From Malacoraja senta (Eukaryota), in the NCBI GenBank assembly GCA_038087875.1, contig JAXLNO010001275.1:186001-250000 (forward strand): DNA of 64,000 nt. Direction: 5' to 3'. This document shows, piece after piece, positions 10,801 to 24,781 of this stretch. How positions within the stretch are numbered: position 1 is the stretch's first letter; the number at the start of each line of letters is the position of its first letter. Both the position numbers and the translations under genes were made by a program. Below the pieces are notes generated by a model that saw only the letters and a list, made by a program, of their open reading frames with translations, did no database searches and was not told the DNA's origin.

Positions 10801-13800
10801 GAACAGCCAAGCCCCAGGCTGCTGCAGGGCCTCCAGCACCCACTCCACTGTTGAGGCAGTCCATTCCCTTCCGCAGCCTGTCTGCCTATAAGCCATCCAT
10901 CTGACTCCTTCCACTCTGGGTGGGCGAGCTGGGCCTTCCAGGTGGGTCCTCCATCCACGGTCCACAGCGAGCAGGAACTCAGTCCGTGATGGATGGGCCA
11001 GATCTTCCGGGTGAATTCCTGGTCCAGGGTGGCCGGCCCTGAGAGTATGGCCAGGGTGGTGTGGGTCTCTGATGATATTAGCTGTCTTTCTGAGGCAGCA
11101 CCTCCTGTAGATCAATGGTGGGATGGAATGGTATGGAATTAGTGCTTCATGGTCAGTAGACTGTTGGCTGAAGGTTCTATTTGTGTGTCTCTGTGACTAT
11201 ATGTGTGGAGAATGCTTCAAAAGAGTAGGTGAAGGGGCATTCTAAATGATGGGATGCACATATCATTGTAAACTGGGCCCTCAAAGTATTGATCTGTAAA
11301 ATGCTAAATCTGCATTTCATTGCAGGGGACTAGAGTTTAATGGTAGCCAATCCACATAAACACTTGTTCTTGTTTATGGCGAGTTTTGCAGACTGCTCCA
11401 ATTACAATAAATTAATATATAACGAGTGGGATACTAGAAGGTACATTCCTTTTATCCATAGATGCTGCCTGTTCCACTGCGTTACTCCAATATTTTGTCT
11501 CTATCTTTGGTGTAAGCCAGCATCTGCAGTGCCTTCCTACACAGACACAAGAAGGATCCCAACAATGGGTTCTGTTTGTATGGAGTTTATACGTTCTCCC
11601 TGTGACCGCTTGGGTTTCCTCTGGGTGCTCAGAGGGCAGTGGAGGCCGGTTCTCTGGATACTTTCAAGAGAGAGCTAGATGGGCCTCTTAAAGATAGCGG
11701 AGTCAGGGGATATGACAAGAAGGCAGGAACGGGCTACTGATTGGGGATGATCAGCCATGATCACATTGAATGGCGGTGCTGGCTCGAAGGGCCAAATGGC
11801 CTACTCCTGCACCTATTGTCTATTCTCTATTGTCTATTGTTTCGTCCCACGTTCCAAAGACGTGTGGGTTTGTAGGTTTATTGGCCGCTGTAAATTGCCC
11901 TGAGTGTGTTGGATGTGAAACAGGGAAAACATAGAACTAGTGTATGGGTGATTGATGGTCAGTGCAGACTCAGTGGGCAGAAAGGCCTGTTTCCATGCTG
12001 CATCTGCTAAAAAAGATTGGTGAGCATGATACCCGAATTCAAACGTCACAGAGAAACCAACACATTTTAGTTTGTACAGACAAGAACACCCAAGAATGTT
12101 TGTATTCAAAGAGACCAACAAAGTAATAAAGGTTTGCAGGTACAAAGTCCAACAGTGAGCATTGCTTAATCTAATCTTATACTTAGAACATTGTAGACGT
12201 AGGGCATTCAGCACAGGGAGGCTGTCCCATTGGGGGGGGACGAGAACAAAGAGGGAACTGTGGGGAAGGGGGAACTGGTGGGGATGGGGTCTGCTGCCAT
12301 GTGCGGCAACAGGCAGTGGATAGGACTGTTCGGTACTTTGTAACTTTGTCTGCGCCAACACATGACGACATTTTTGTACTGCCCAGGTTCAGTTTAGTTT
12401 ATTGTCACATGTACCGAGGTACAGTGAAAAGCTTTTTGTTGCTTACTAACCAGTCAGTAGAAAGACAATACATGATTACAATCAATGCATTTACCGTGTA
12501 GAGACACATGATAAAGGAATAATGTTTAGTGCAAGGTGAAGCCAGCAAAGTCCGGTCAAGGATAGACTGAGGTTGTATGGAAAACAAAGCATTTCACTAT
12601 ACCCAGGTACCTTGGGTACATGTGACAATAGAGTATCATTCAATCATTCTTTCATTCATCAGTCCTATTCCTCCCAATTTATTTTCCATATAACACAGGC
12701 ACCCATGGCCGCCAATGCTCCTTTGATTTTTTTTTGCCATTTACGTGTGTTGATCTGGCTAATGGGTTTTGTGAAGTACAGCACAGTGGTGCAATGGTAG
12801 AGAGTTGCTGCCTCATAGCGCCAGAGACCCAGGTTCAATCCTGACCAGGTCTGTCTATGTGGAGTTTGCACATTTTCACTGTGACCGAGTGGGTTTCCTC
12901 CAGGTGTTCCGGTTTCCTCCCACAACCCAAAGGCATGCAGCTTTGTAGGTTAATTGTCCTATGTAAATTGCCCCTAGTGTGTAAAGAATGGACGAGAAAG
13001 TGGAATAACTAGAGTGAATGGTAGATCAATGGTCAGCATGGACTCAGTGGGCCGAACGGCCTGTTTCCATGCTGTAACTCTAAACTAACCATAAAAACCA
13101 CTAAAATTACTGATTTATTGCAAGTAGCTAGATTCAAAACTATTTAAACTACTGAAGATGGGTCCTGACTCAAAAATTACCTGTCCATTCCAGCCACAGA
13201 TGCTGCCTGACTCACTGAGTTCCTCCAGTATTTCATTGCTCAAGATTCCAACATGTCTCGATATTAACTACTTGTTTGAATAACACTGTTGTTTGGTATT
13301 TTTATGATATTTTTACGGTAGAATTGCATGCTGAAATGTTCATACCTTGAACATAGTTGAAAAGGATAGTAATTCATTAACGCATGCAGGAATATTATTT
13401 TTTAAATTGACTTTAGTAAAATACCGAACACACTGGCAATATGCAGTAGGTCAGGCCGCATCTGTGGGCAGGAAAGCAGAGCTAATGTTTCAGGCCAGAG
13501 ACCCTTCAGGACTGGGAAGGAGGAGAAAGAAGAAAGGAGGAACTGAAGATGCTGGTTAACAAAATAAGACACAGTTTTGGAATAACTCAGTGGGACGGGC
13601 AGCATTACTGGAGAGCGTGGGATGCTAAGGTTTTGGGTCAGGACCATTCTTCAAACTGATTGTGGGGGTAAATAAAGCTGGAAGAGAGGAGGGGCAGAAC
13701 AAAGTATGGCAGATGATAGGTGATAGATACCAACATGAGAGAGCAGTCCTGAACTACTATCTGCATCATTGGTGACCCTCGGACTTTCTTTGATCGGACT

Positions 13801-14149
13801 TTACTGGCTTTACCTTGCACTAAATGTTATTCCCTCATCATGTATCTCTACACTGTAAATGGTTAGTTTGTAATCATGTATTGTCTTTACGCTGACTGGT
13901 TAACAGGCAACAAAAGCTTTTCACTGTACCTCTGTACACGTGACAATAAACTAAACTAAAATGTTGTAGAGAGGATTTTCCGACAGGCAAATGATTGGAC
14001 AAAGGCCAGAGATGAAAAGACAAAAGGAATTAAAGAATGGTGAATTGTGAAAATAGAGGAATGGATGAAGGGGACGGGGGAGGGCAGAAATAGATGCAAG
14101 TCCAGATGGGGCACAGGGGAGGGGAAGAAATGGGGGGGTAGGTTACCTA

Positions 14150-14600
14150 AAATTCTCATCACTTCCCACACAAACCATCGAATCCCAGGTAATCTCCCCT
14201 GCAACTGCGGATGTAACATCTGTTCCTGTACCTCCTCTGTGGTCTTCCTTGAGGGACCATAGCAGTCCTTCTAGGTGAGACAAGACGTTCATGTACACCT
14301 TCTCTAAACTGTTCTATTGCATCCGGTGTTCCCAATGTGGCCTCCTGTATATCGACGAGACCAAGCATTGACTCCACGACCATTTCGCCGAAAATATGCA
14401 CTGGATCTGCCATGGACTTCTGCACTGGATCTCCTGGTTGCTAACCATTTGAACTTCCTTTCCCATTGCCATATTGACCTTTCTGTCTTGGGTCTCCTCC
14501 ATTGCCAGTGTGAGGTCACATGCAAACAGCCCCTAATATTCTTCTTGGGTAGCTTTCAACCTGATGGTGTGAATATTGAACTCGCCAATTTTAGGAAACC
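14150..14600 (+). mobile_element. Penelope-like GIY-YIG fragment
   Basis: Decayed homolog of 5860-6260 (tgcatccggtgttcccaatgtggcctcctgtatatcgacgagaccaag). Other fragments at 27370-27650 (-), 37470-38270 (+) and 41200-41580 (+). Confidence 0.8.
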
Positions 14601-16759
14601 TAAGCCCTACTCTCCTCCTCCTCCTCCTCCTCCCCTTTCTCCCCCACACCCATATTTCTCCCCACCATTGCCCCCCTCCCCTGCAGCCCATCTGGACTTG
14701 CACCTATTTCCCTCCTCACCCCCTTCCTTCTAAATTTGCCATTTGCAACTTTTCAATTATTTTGTTGCGCACCTTCTGTATTTTTATCTCTGGCCCTTGT
14801 CCAATAATCTCCCTATCAACTTCCCCCCATTACCGCCTCCTCACCTATGTTCACCTATTACCTGCCCCTCCTTTCATCCAGTTTCCTTCATCTCCCCCTC
14901 CTCCTCCGCCTCTACAATGCCGATACCACCCCCCCCCCCAACCTCCCACAATGAGTCTGAAGAAGGATCCTGTTCCACAACACCACATATCCATGTTTTC
15001 CAATGATACTGCCTGACCCGTCGAGTTGTCCCAGCACTTTGTGTCTTTTTCTAGGAGAAAAAAAGAAGCATGTTAAGCTGCAGGAAGTGTGGGGGAGGGA
15101 GAATGTCTTTCAATGATAGACACAGAAAGCTGGAGGAACTCAGTGGGCCGGGCAGCATCTCTGGAGAAAAGGAATGGGTGGCGTTTCAGGTTGAGACCCT
15201 TTTTCAGACTTTCCAAGCCTTATCTGGTAGAATTTAATGAGATGGACATCTGTTTGTGGTCGAATGCATTATCTGAAAGTTGAATGTAAATTGTACTGTT
15301 AAGGCTTTACAATACGTCATTGGTAAAAATGTGCATGGATTGAGCATATGGGCTTAATTGTCCTCCTGCTTTGAAGGAAAGCTCACAGCATGTCTCAATT
15401 GCATGTCAACCTAGTATCATAAAAACAACTGCTGCAGGAACTCAGGTGGTAGAGGGACATCTTTGTAAGAAGGAACTGCAGATGCTGGTTTACACCGAAG
15501 ATAGACACAAAATGCTGGAGTAACTCAGTGGGTCATGCAGCATTTCTGGCAAAAAGAAATAGGTGACATTTCAGGTTGAGACCCTTCCTCACATCTTCAA
15601 GAGTCACGAGTATTTTATTGTCATATGTCCCAGATAGGACAATGAAATTCTTACTTGCTGCACAACAGAAGGGAATGTAATTTGGAGGGAATTAAATTTT
15701 TCACAATGATTTTTAACTGGTATAGTAAGTCACTTCTATTATTCATAAACCATTGTAGTAATATTTTCAAAACAATATTTGAAATGGCATAAGACCAAGA
15801 CTGCATGCGAAGTCATCTTCTGATACAGTTTAGGATTTGGCAGGAAATGCTAAAAATATGGTTCAGCACGGTGGTGCAGCGGCAGAGCTGCAGCCTTACA
15901 GCGTAAGGGACCCGGGTTTGATCCTGACTACGGTTTCTCTCTGCATGGAGTTAGTACGTACTTCCCATGACAGGTGCAGGTTTCCTCCGGGTGCTCCGGA
16001 TTCCTCCCACATTCCAATGACATACCAATTGGCTTAGTAAAATTCTAAATTCTCCCAAGTGTGCATAGAATAGTGATAGTGTGCGGGGATCGCTGGTCGG
16101 CGAGGATTCAGTAGCCTGTTTCTGCACTGTATCTCTAAATTAAACTAAATACCCAGAAAGCAAGGAAAAGTTCAAGCTTAAGGAGAGGAAATCTGAATTC
16201 ACATTTAATTTGGCAACTAAAATGTTGCAACTCTATTTACCTCCACAGATGCTGTTGGATCATTTCCAACATGTTATATTTCTGTGTCAAGTTTATAGCA
16301 CCATGTCATTATTTTACCTTATTTTCCACTGAAAATGGAAAGGTTGTTTGATAGATTTGTAATGTAATCATAGCCTAGAACATGGGTCTTTTGCTGATTA
16401 ATATTGAGAGTCGAGTCCAGCAATACATTCCTCAGGGCTTGAGCAATTGTGCTCTTGACCTGCTGTGAATTTATCAGAGAGAAGAGTAAGGATGTGTAAA
16501 AGTGTAGTTATGCCGGCTGAAGTATGTACATTTTTGAGATGGTAGAGAAAATGGGAAGATGAATCACTTCTGTTCAGAAGACATTTAACAAGGTTACACT
16601 TAAAGTGTTTATAAACATTTGTGAGGTAGGATCAGGTTATTTGACTGGAAGATAATTTTCCCCAAGTGAATGTGGGTGGTGGGAAAATTGAGAGAGGAGA
16701 TTAATTGGAATGTGAGATTTACATGGAAACATAGAAAATACTGTAGGTGCAGGAGTAGG

Positions 16760-17235
16760 CACGTAAGCCAGACCCGTTTAACCCCCTGGAGATGGTCTGT
16801 AGTGATACCTTCTAACGAGGTTTTATGTAACTAACAATATTGCTAGTTCAGAGTCTATAAGGCTCTTAGGGACCTTAACATTCTGGTGTAGATGTGTGAC
16901 CCCACACAACCCAAGGTCCATGGGATATGCAAACATCTAATTTGACCTTTTGCCCCTGGTCTACTCTGCTTGACTAAGTCATAAACATAAAACCTTATTA
17001 TTGCCCGCAGATCTTCTTATCCAGTGTTAACTTATGCAATGACTGGACCCGTTGCGCTGAACTCAGCGCCATGAGCATAATCACGAGTAAGTGAGTTTGA
17101 CCAAGGACAGGGATGTCGCTGGAGCCTACCGGCGAATTGACGTAGCACAATGTTAACAACCCATATCTCCACGTCTCTAGGCCTGAGTTGAAGATACCCT
17201 TCATAATCTAGATGTCAGAGGGTGAAGACCGCGCC
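16760..17235 (-). mobile_element. DIRS-type tyrosine recombinase remnant
   Basis: ORF 16998-17204 reads MKGIFNS...RY...LVIMLMALSSAQRVQSLHKLTLD, typical of the DIRS phage-integrase-like domain. It sits between CR1 tail pieces. Confidence 0.65.
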
Positions 17236-17939
17236 AGCACGCATGCTGATCATCCAAAATCTGTACCCCGTTCCTGCTTTTTACCCATATCCTTGATTCC
17301 ATTAGCCCTAAGAGCTAAATCTAACTCTATCTTGAAAACATCCAGTGAATTGGTCTCCACTGCCTTCTGTGGCAAAGAATACCACAGATATACAACTCTC
17401 TGGGTGAAAACGTTTTTCCTTATCTCATTCCTAAATGGCCTATCCCTTATTTTTAAACTATGACACAAATTTCTGTGTTCGATGACTTTATTCTCCTCAG
17501 TGATTTGGTGCACATGTTAATAGTTTAGTTTAGAGATATAGAGCAGAAACAGGCCCTTTGGCCCACCGAGTCTGCACCGGACAGCGATTCACGCACCTTA
17601 ACGCTACCTTACACACAAACGTGGGACAATTTAATATTTACACCAAGCCCATTAACCTATAAACATGTACGTCTTTGGAGTGTGGGAGAAAATCGATGGT
17701 CTTGGAGAAAACCCATGCAGATCACGGGGAGAAAGTACAACCTCCATACAGACTGCACCTATAGTCAGGATCGAACCCGGGTCTCTGGCACTGTGAGGCA
17801 GTCACTCTACCTCTACTGCACCGTGCCACCCATAATAGTGCTGCCCAAAAGTCAAGAGAGTTTTATTGTCATGTGTCCCAGATAGGACAATGAATTCTTG
17901 CCTGTTGCAGCACAACAGAATATGTAAACATAATACAGA

Positions 17940-18590
17940 GATAAAACAGAGAGATGAGTGTGTGGCCAGGATGGTGTGGGTCTTTGATGATGTTGGCAGC
18001 CATTTTGAGGCAGCGACTGCGATGGATCCCTTCGATGGAAGGGAGGTCAGAGCCGAAGATGGACTGGGCAGTAGTCACAAACTTTCTGGATTCTTTTCCG
18101 CTCCTGGACGTTCAAGTGGCCGAACCAAGCCACGATGCAACCAGTCAGCATGCACTCTACTGTGCACCTGTACAAGTCCGAGAGAGACCTCCTTGACATA
18201 CCAACTCTCCGTAATCTTCTCAGGAAGTAGAGGCGCTGATGTGCCTTCTTTATAATTGCATCAGTGTGCTGGGACCTGGAAAGATCTTCGGAAATATGCA
18301 CGCCCAGGAATTTGAAGTTCTTGACCCTTTCCACCATCGTCCCGGGATATAAACGGGATTGTGGGTTCATATCCTACCTCTTCCAAAGTCCACAATCAGT
18401 TCCTTGGTTTTACTGGTGTTGAGGGCCAGGTTATTGTGCTGGCACCATTTGGTCAATCGGTCGATCTCACTAATATACTCTGACTCATCACCATCAGTGA
18501 TTCGTCCCACAACAGTGGTGTCGTCGGCGAACTTGATGATGGAGTTCGGACTATGTCTGGCTGCGCAGTCATGAGTTTAGAGTGAGTACA
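17940..18590 (-). mobile_element. Rex1/Babar-type LINE RT C-terminal fragment
   Basis: Minus strand encodes IIKFADDTTVVGRITDGDESEY...VERVKNFKFLGVHISEDL...KKAHQRLYFLRRLRR. Confidence 0.85.
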
Positions 18591-20364
18591 GAAGAACGGT
18601 TTTCTTGTTTTTCAGTCATCAATATTCTCACTAGAATGGGCCATAAAAAAGTACTTCCTGTGGAAAAAGTTCAGTGACTTGGGGGAAAAAGATTTAAACT
18701 AATTGGTCAACTAAATTGTAAAAGACAATGTAAAAAGAATACACATGTGATCCATGAACTAGTTCAAAGAGCTGCCTTGCCTCAGGCACCATCCACTGAA
18801 TGCTGCCGAGTGGTGTATTTGTGGGATACTTTGTAGGATTGCATGGAATAAAAATATACATCAATCATAATTAATTTAAATGGTACAGAGGATGCCAAGT
18901 TTTATTTACACTCTATTTGTAAACACAGAACAATGCTGCACAAGGCAGGATGTACAGGAAGGAACTGCTGATGCTGGTTAAAACTCTCCAGTGAGTCCCT
19001 CAGCCCGTACTCCTGCAATCTGGAATGGACAGATGATGTTTTGGGTCAGACGCTTCTTCAGACTGATTGTAATAAAAAGCTGAAAAAGAGATGTGGGGCT
19101 GGGACAAAGCCTGGCAAGTGTTACAGGTGATAAGACACAAAAAGCTGGAGTAACTCAGCGGGACAGGCAACATCTCTGGAGAGAAGGAATGGGTGATGTT
19201 TCGGGTCGAGACCCTTCTTCAGACCCTTTGTCACCTTTTCACCTCTAGCCGTTGCCACTTACTACACCTGTTTATCAAAATCCATTCTCTAGTCGCACCA
19301 GCTTCTCGTTTTCACCCAACAAATAAATAACAATGGCCTGTTTCCTTTATCATCGTTACTTTTTTGCATATCTTTCATTCATTGTTCTTTATCTCTCTAC
19401 ATCATTTTCTATATCTCTTGTTTCCCTAATCCCCAACTAGTCTGAAGAAGAATCTCGACCTGAAAAGTCACCCATTCCTTCTCTCCAGAGATGCTGCCTG
19501 TCCCACTGAGTTACTCCAGCATTTTGTGTCTTATCACCTGTATCACTTGCCAGGCTTTGTCCCAGCCCCACATCTCTTTTTCAGCTTTCTATTACAATCA
19601 GTCTGAAGAAGCGTCTGACCCAAAACATCATCTGTCCATTCCAGACTGCAGGAGTACATGCTATGGGACTCACTGGAGCTTGTTGCAGCCAACACCAAGG
19701 CTCAGTGGAGGTCTACAGTCTAGGGTCCTTCATGGCAATACATTGGGGGGCTGCAACTGGTGAAGACGCCCCTCAAACAAGGGAAGGGCTATTAACCCAG
19801 GAGGGCTATACAAGTGGCAAGGGTGCTTGAGATAAGGATAGTTTGTGAACACAACCAAAAATAACTGTAATTAATCCATGTGTGGACACCGAGAATGGCA
19901 GAAATGTTGTTTGCACTGTTCTTGTTTTGTATATATTTCATTATTCTGAATAATGTTTATTTTTGGCAGGGATAAAATCCCTCCAGATATTACCTGACCT
20001 GCTGAGTCCCTGCAGCCCTTTATGTTTTGCAGTGGATAGTATATATGATGTGGATGTGAATATTGGTGGTTTGATTAGTAGGTTTGCAGATGACATGTAC
20101 ATTGAAGAAGGTTGTCTATGGATCCAGTGGGATACAGATTAGCTAGAGAGCTGGATGGAGCAATAACAGAAGGAATGTAATCCAGACATGTGTGAAGTTG
20201 TGCGTGTCGGCATGTCATGTTCTGGTAGGACATAAACGGTAAGAACCTGAGGGGTGTTAATATACAGAGTGTCCTTGGGTTGCAAGTTCATTGATACCTG
20301 AAAATGCCGACAAGGGTAGACAGGAAAGCAAAGAATGCACTTTGGCATGCTTGTCCACTTAGAC

Positions 20365-21720
20365 ATAGAAACATATAAAATTGGTGCAGGAGTAGGCCAT
20401 TTGGCCCTTCAAGCCAGCACCACCATTCAATCTGGTCATGGCTGATCAACCAGAATCAGTACCCTGTTCCTGCTTTCTCCCCATATCCCTTGATTTCGTT
20501 AACCCTAAGAGCTAACTCTCTCTTGAATACATTCAGTGAATTGGTCTCTGCTGCCTTCTGTGGCAGAGAATTCCACAGATTCACAACACTCTGGGTGAAA
20601 AGGTTTTTCCCCATCTCAATCCTAAATGGCCTACCCCTTATTCGTAAACTGTGACCCCTGGTTCTGGACTCCCCCAACATTGAGAATATTTTTCCTGCAT
20701 CTAGTCTGTCAAATCCCTTATTAGTATTCTGTTTCTATCTGATTCCCTCTCATCCTTCTGAATTCCAGTGAATATAAGCCCAGTCGATTCATTCTTTTAT
20801 TATATGTCAGTCCTGCCATCCTGGGAATTAACCTGGTGAACTTTGCTGCACTCCTTCAATAGCAAGAATGTCCTTCTTCAAACTAGGTGACCAAGACCTT
20901 ATTATCTAAATGGTGGCCGATTAGGAAAAGGGGAGATGCAGCGAGACCTGGGTGTCATGGTACACCAGTCATTGAAAGTAGGCATGCAGGTGCAGCAGGC
21001 AGTGAAGAAAGCGAATGGTATGTTAGCTTTCATAGCAAAAGGATTTGACTATAGGAGCAGGGAGGTTCTACTGCAGTTGTACAGGGTCTTGGTGAGACCA
21101 CACCTGGAGTATTGCGTACAGTTTTGGTCTCCAAATCTGAGGAAGGACATTATAGCCATAGAGGGAGTGCAGAGAAGGTTCACCAGACTGATTCCTGGGA
21201 TGTCAGGACTTTCATATGAAGAAAGACTGGATAGACTTGGCTTATACTCGCTAGAATTTAGGAGATTGAGAGGGGATCTTATAGAAACGTACAAAATTCT
21301 TATGGGGTTGGACAGGCTAGATGCAGGAAGACTGTTCCCGATGTTGGGGAAGTCCAGGACAAGGGGTCACAGCTTAAGGATAAGGAGGAAATCCTTTAAG
21401 ACCGAGATGAGAAAAAACTTTTTCACACAGAGAGTGGTGAATCTCTGGAACTCTCTGCCACAGAGGGTAGTTGAGGCCAGTTCATTGGCTATATTTAAGA
21501 GGGAGTTAGATGTGGCCCTTGCGGCTAAAGGGATCAGGGGGTATGGAGAGAAGGCAGGTACGGGATACTGAGTTGGATGATCAGCCATGATCATATTGAA
21601 TGGCGGTGCAGGCTCGAAGGGCCGAATGGCCTACTCCTGCACCTATTTTCTATGTATCTATGTATCTATGTAAGACTGCACAAAATACTCCAGGTGCAGT
21701 CTCACCAGGGCCCTGTATAA
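20365..21720. mobile_element. Young + strand CR1 (about 20897-21670) inserted into an older - strand CR1
   Basis: ORF 20936-21571 encodes the CR1 RT C-terminus and is followed by a (tatctatg)n tail. The flanking sequence on both sides is reverse-strand CR1 that resumes at about 21672. Confidence 0.85.
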
Positions 21721-24700
21721 CTGAATAGACTCTGGCATCAAGTATATGAGTTGAGAAATCAAACAAAACATTGGTTAGGCTGCACATGGAGTATTGTGTA
21801 GAGTTCTGGTCACTCCACTACTAACGTTACTGTGTGGGGATCACTGGTCAGCGTGGGCCGAAGGGCCTGTTTCTGCAATGTATCTCTAAACTAAAAAGGA
21901 TGTGATGGCATAAAAAATAGTGCAGAAGGGTTTTGCCAGGTTGTTGCCTGGAATAGAGGTCTGGTGTTATGTGAAGAGATTGGATAGGCTGCATTTATTC
22001 TCACTAGAATGCAGGAGTGAAATAATGAGGGCTATAGATTGTGTCGGAAGGATCTGCAGATGCTGGTTTAAACCGAAGAAAGACACAAAAAGCTGGAGTA
22101 ACTCAGTGGGACAGGCAGCATCACTGGAGAGAAGGAATAGGTGATATTTCGGGTCGAGACCTTTTCGGGTTGAGTCCCTTCTTCAGGAAGGATCTACAGA
22201 TGCTGGTTTACACCGAAGACAGATGTAAAAAGCTGGAGTAACTCAGTGGGACAGGCAGCATCACTGGAGAGAAGGAATGGGTGACATTTTGGGTCGACAT
22301 CCTTCTTCAGGAAGGATTAACAGATGTTGGTTTACACCGAAGACCAACATAAAATGCTGGAGTATCTCAGCAGGACAGGCAGCATCTTTGGAGGGAAGGA
22401 ATGAGTGACGTTTCTAAACATCATCCATTCCTTCTCTTCATAAATACTGCCTGCCCTGCAGAGTTACTCCGTCCGGCATTTTGTGTCTATCTTTGGGGTA
22501 TAGATAGTATAGAGAGTAACTGTCTCTTTCCCAGGGCAGTGGAGACTAGAACTGGAGGTTTAAGGTGATGGGAGAGAAATGTCAAGGGGATCTGAGCAGA
22601 CGTTTCTCACCACAGTAGTTATCTGGAATGAGCTGCAGGGGAGATGGTAGAGGCAGACATAATCACAATGTCTATAAAGCATTTGGACTTTTGGTAGGAA
22701 AGTCAGGGAGGGATAAGGGCGTAATTCATGTAATTGTAGATAAACATCTCGGTCAGCATAGACAAGATTGGGCAAAAGGGCCTGTTTATATGCTGCAGGA
22801 TTCAGTTTATTTTAAGATTCTTTCTGTGGTTTTCATGTTGCTATCTCTATTAGCCAGAATAAGCACTTAAAATGGCTCAAGCAGTCTACACCAGAGAGAA
22901 CACTGCGTGAACCAAAGGAAGTGAGATATGTAAAATAGGTTCTTTAGTTTTTTAATTTAGATGCACAGCACGGAAACAGGCCTTTCAGCCCACCAAGTCT
23001 GCACCGACCAGCGACTAACCCGCACACCAACACTATCCTATGCACACGAGGGACAATTTGACACATGCATCAAGCCAATTAACCTACATTCCTGTACGTC
23101 TTTGGAGTGTGGGAAGAAATCGAAGATCTCAGCGAAAATCCACGCAGGTCACGGGGAGAACGTACTAACTCCGTACAGACAACACCCATAGTCAGGATTG
23201 AAACCGGGTCTCTGGCACTGCAAACACTGTAAGGCAGCAACACTACCGCTGTGCCACTGTGCCGCCCTTATTGGTAACTTTGTGTGATCTTATTTTGTTA
23301 GGATGCAAATTCTATGGGAACGCTTTCTCAAAGAGATAGATAATGATGTAGAAACAATGAACTGCAGATGCTGGTTTGTACCAAAGAGAGTCACAAAGTG
23401 CTGGAGTAACTCAACGGGTCAGAGGCGTTCTACAGCATCGCTGTAGATAAAGGATGGGTAATGCTGGGTGAAGCTTCAGGTTGGGATCCTTCTTCAGACT
23501 GATGTATCGGGTTGGGACCCTTCTTCAGACTAATCCTGCTTGAGACTGAAGTAGGGTCCTGACACGAAGTGTCATCCAGCCTTTTTCTCCAGAGATGCTG
23601 CCAGTCTCGCTGAGATACTTTAGCACTCTGTGTCTAAGGTTGATAATGAGTTGTTCAATCCTGATGTTTTGTGATGTTAATTTCTGCATGTTCACAGGGC
23701 AGACTGTGAGAGTAAACAGTTGAAAAACTAGTCTAGCAGGAAATGTGTGGTATTTGAGTAAGTGTGAATGTGGGGCCTCTCCAGTGAGATGATTGGGAAA
23801 CTCCCTGACAAAGGGGGATGTGGTGAACAAGTCACCAGGAGGTCATATCAAAGCAGAAGTTAAATGTTACATTGATATTTTTAGAGTCTGCTCTTGATGT
23901 ACTGGCATGGTGCAATCCGATTTGGACAACTTACTGTATATTGCAGCTCAAGATGATATAGAGATATAGCATTGGAACAGTGTTTAAGAAGGAACTGCAG
24001 ATGCTGGAAAATCGAAGGTACACAAAAATACTGGAGAAACTCAGCGGGTGCAGCAGCATCTATGGAGCGAAGGAAATAGGCAACGTTTCGGGCCGAAACC
24101 CTTCTTGAGACTTCAGTCACGGCACGGTGGGGCAGCGATAGAGTTGCTGCCTTAAAGTGTCAGAGCCCCGGGTCCGATCCTGACTATGGGTGCTGTCTGT
24201 ACGGAGTTTGTACATTCTCCCCATGACCAGTGGGTCTTCGCCAAGATCTTCGGTTTCCTCCCACACTCCAAAGACGTACAGGTTTGTAAGTTAATAGGCT
24301 TGATATAAATGTAAATTGTCCTTCGTGTGTAGGATTGTGTTAATGTGCGGGGATCTGTGCGGACTCGTGCTGAAGGGCCTGTTTCCACACTGTATCTCTA
24401 AACTAAACTAAAATAATCTAAGTAAGCTTGACATCTAGAATCATGTACAGCATAGAAACAGGCCCTTCAGCCCAGCTTATCTATGCCAGCCAAGATGCCC
24501 CATCTACCCTTGACCCACCTATCTATATTTTAGCTTAGTTTAATTTATTATTAATGTCACGTGTACTGTTTTGCAGTGAAAATGTTTCTTGTGTGCTATC
24601 CAGTCAGTGAAAAGACTACATTACAATGAAGCCGTTCACAATCTATAGATACAGGGTAAATGATATCATGTTTAGTGCAATGTAAATCCAATTGGTGTTT

Positions 24701-24781
24701 TGCCGATTTCCCTCCAAACCTTTCCTATCCATAGAAATTTCTATTACTTGACAATAATTGTATTATTTTCTTTGTTTCTAG

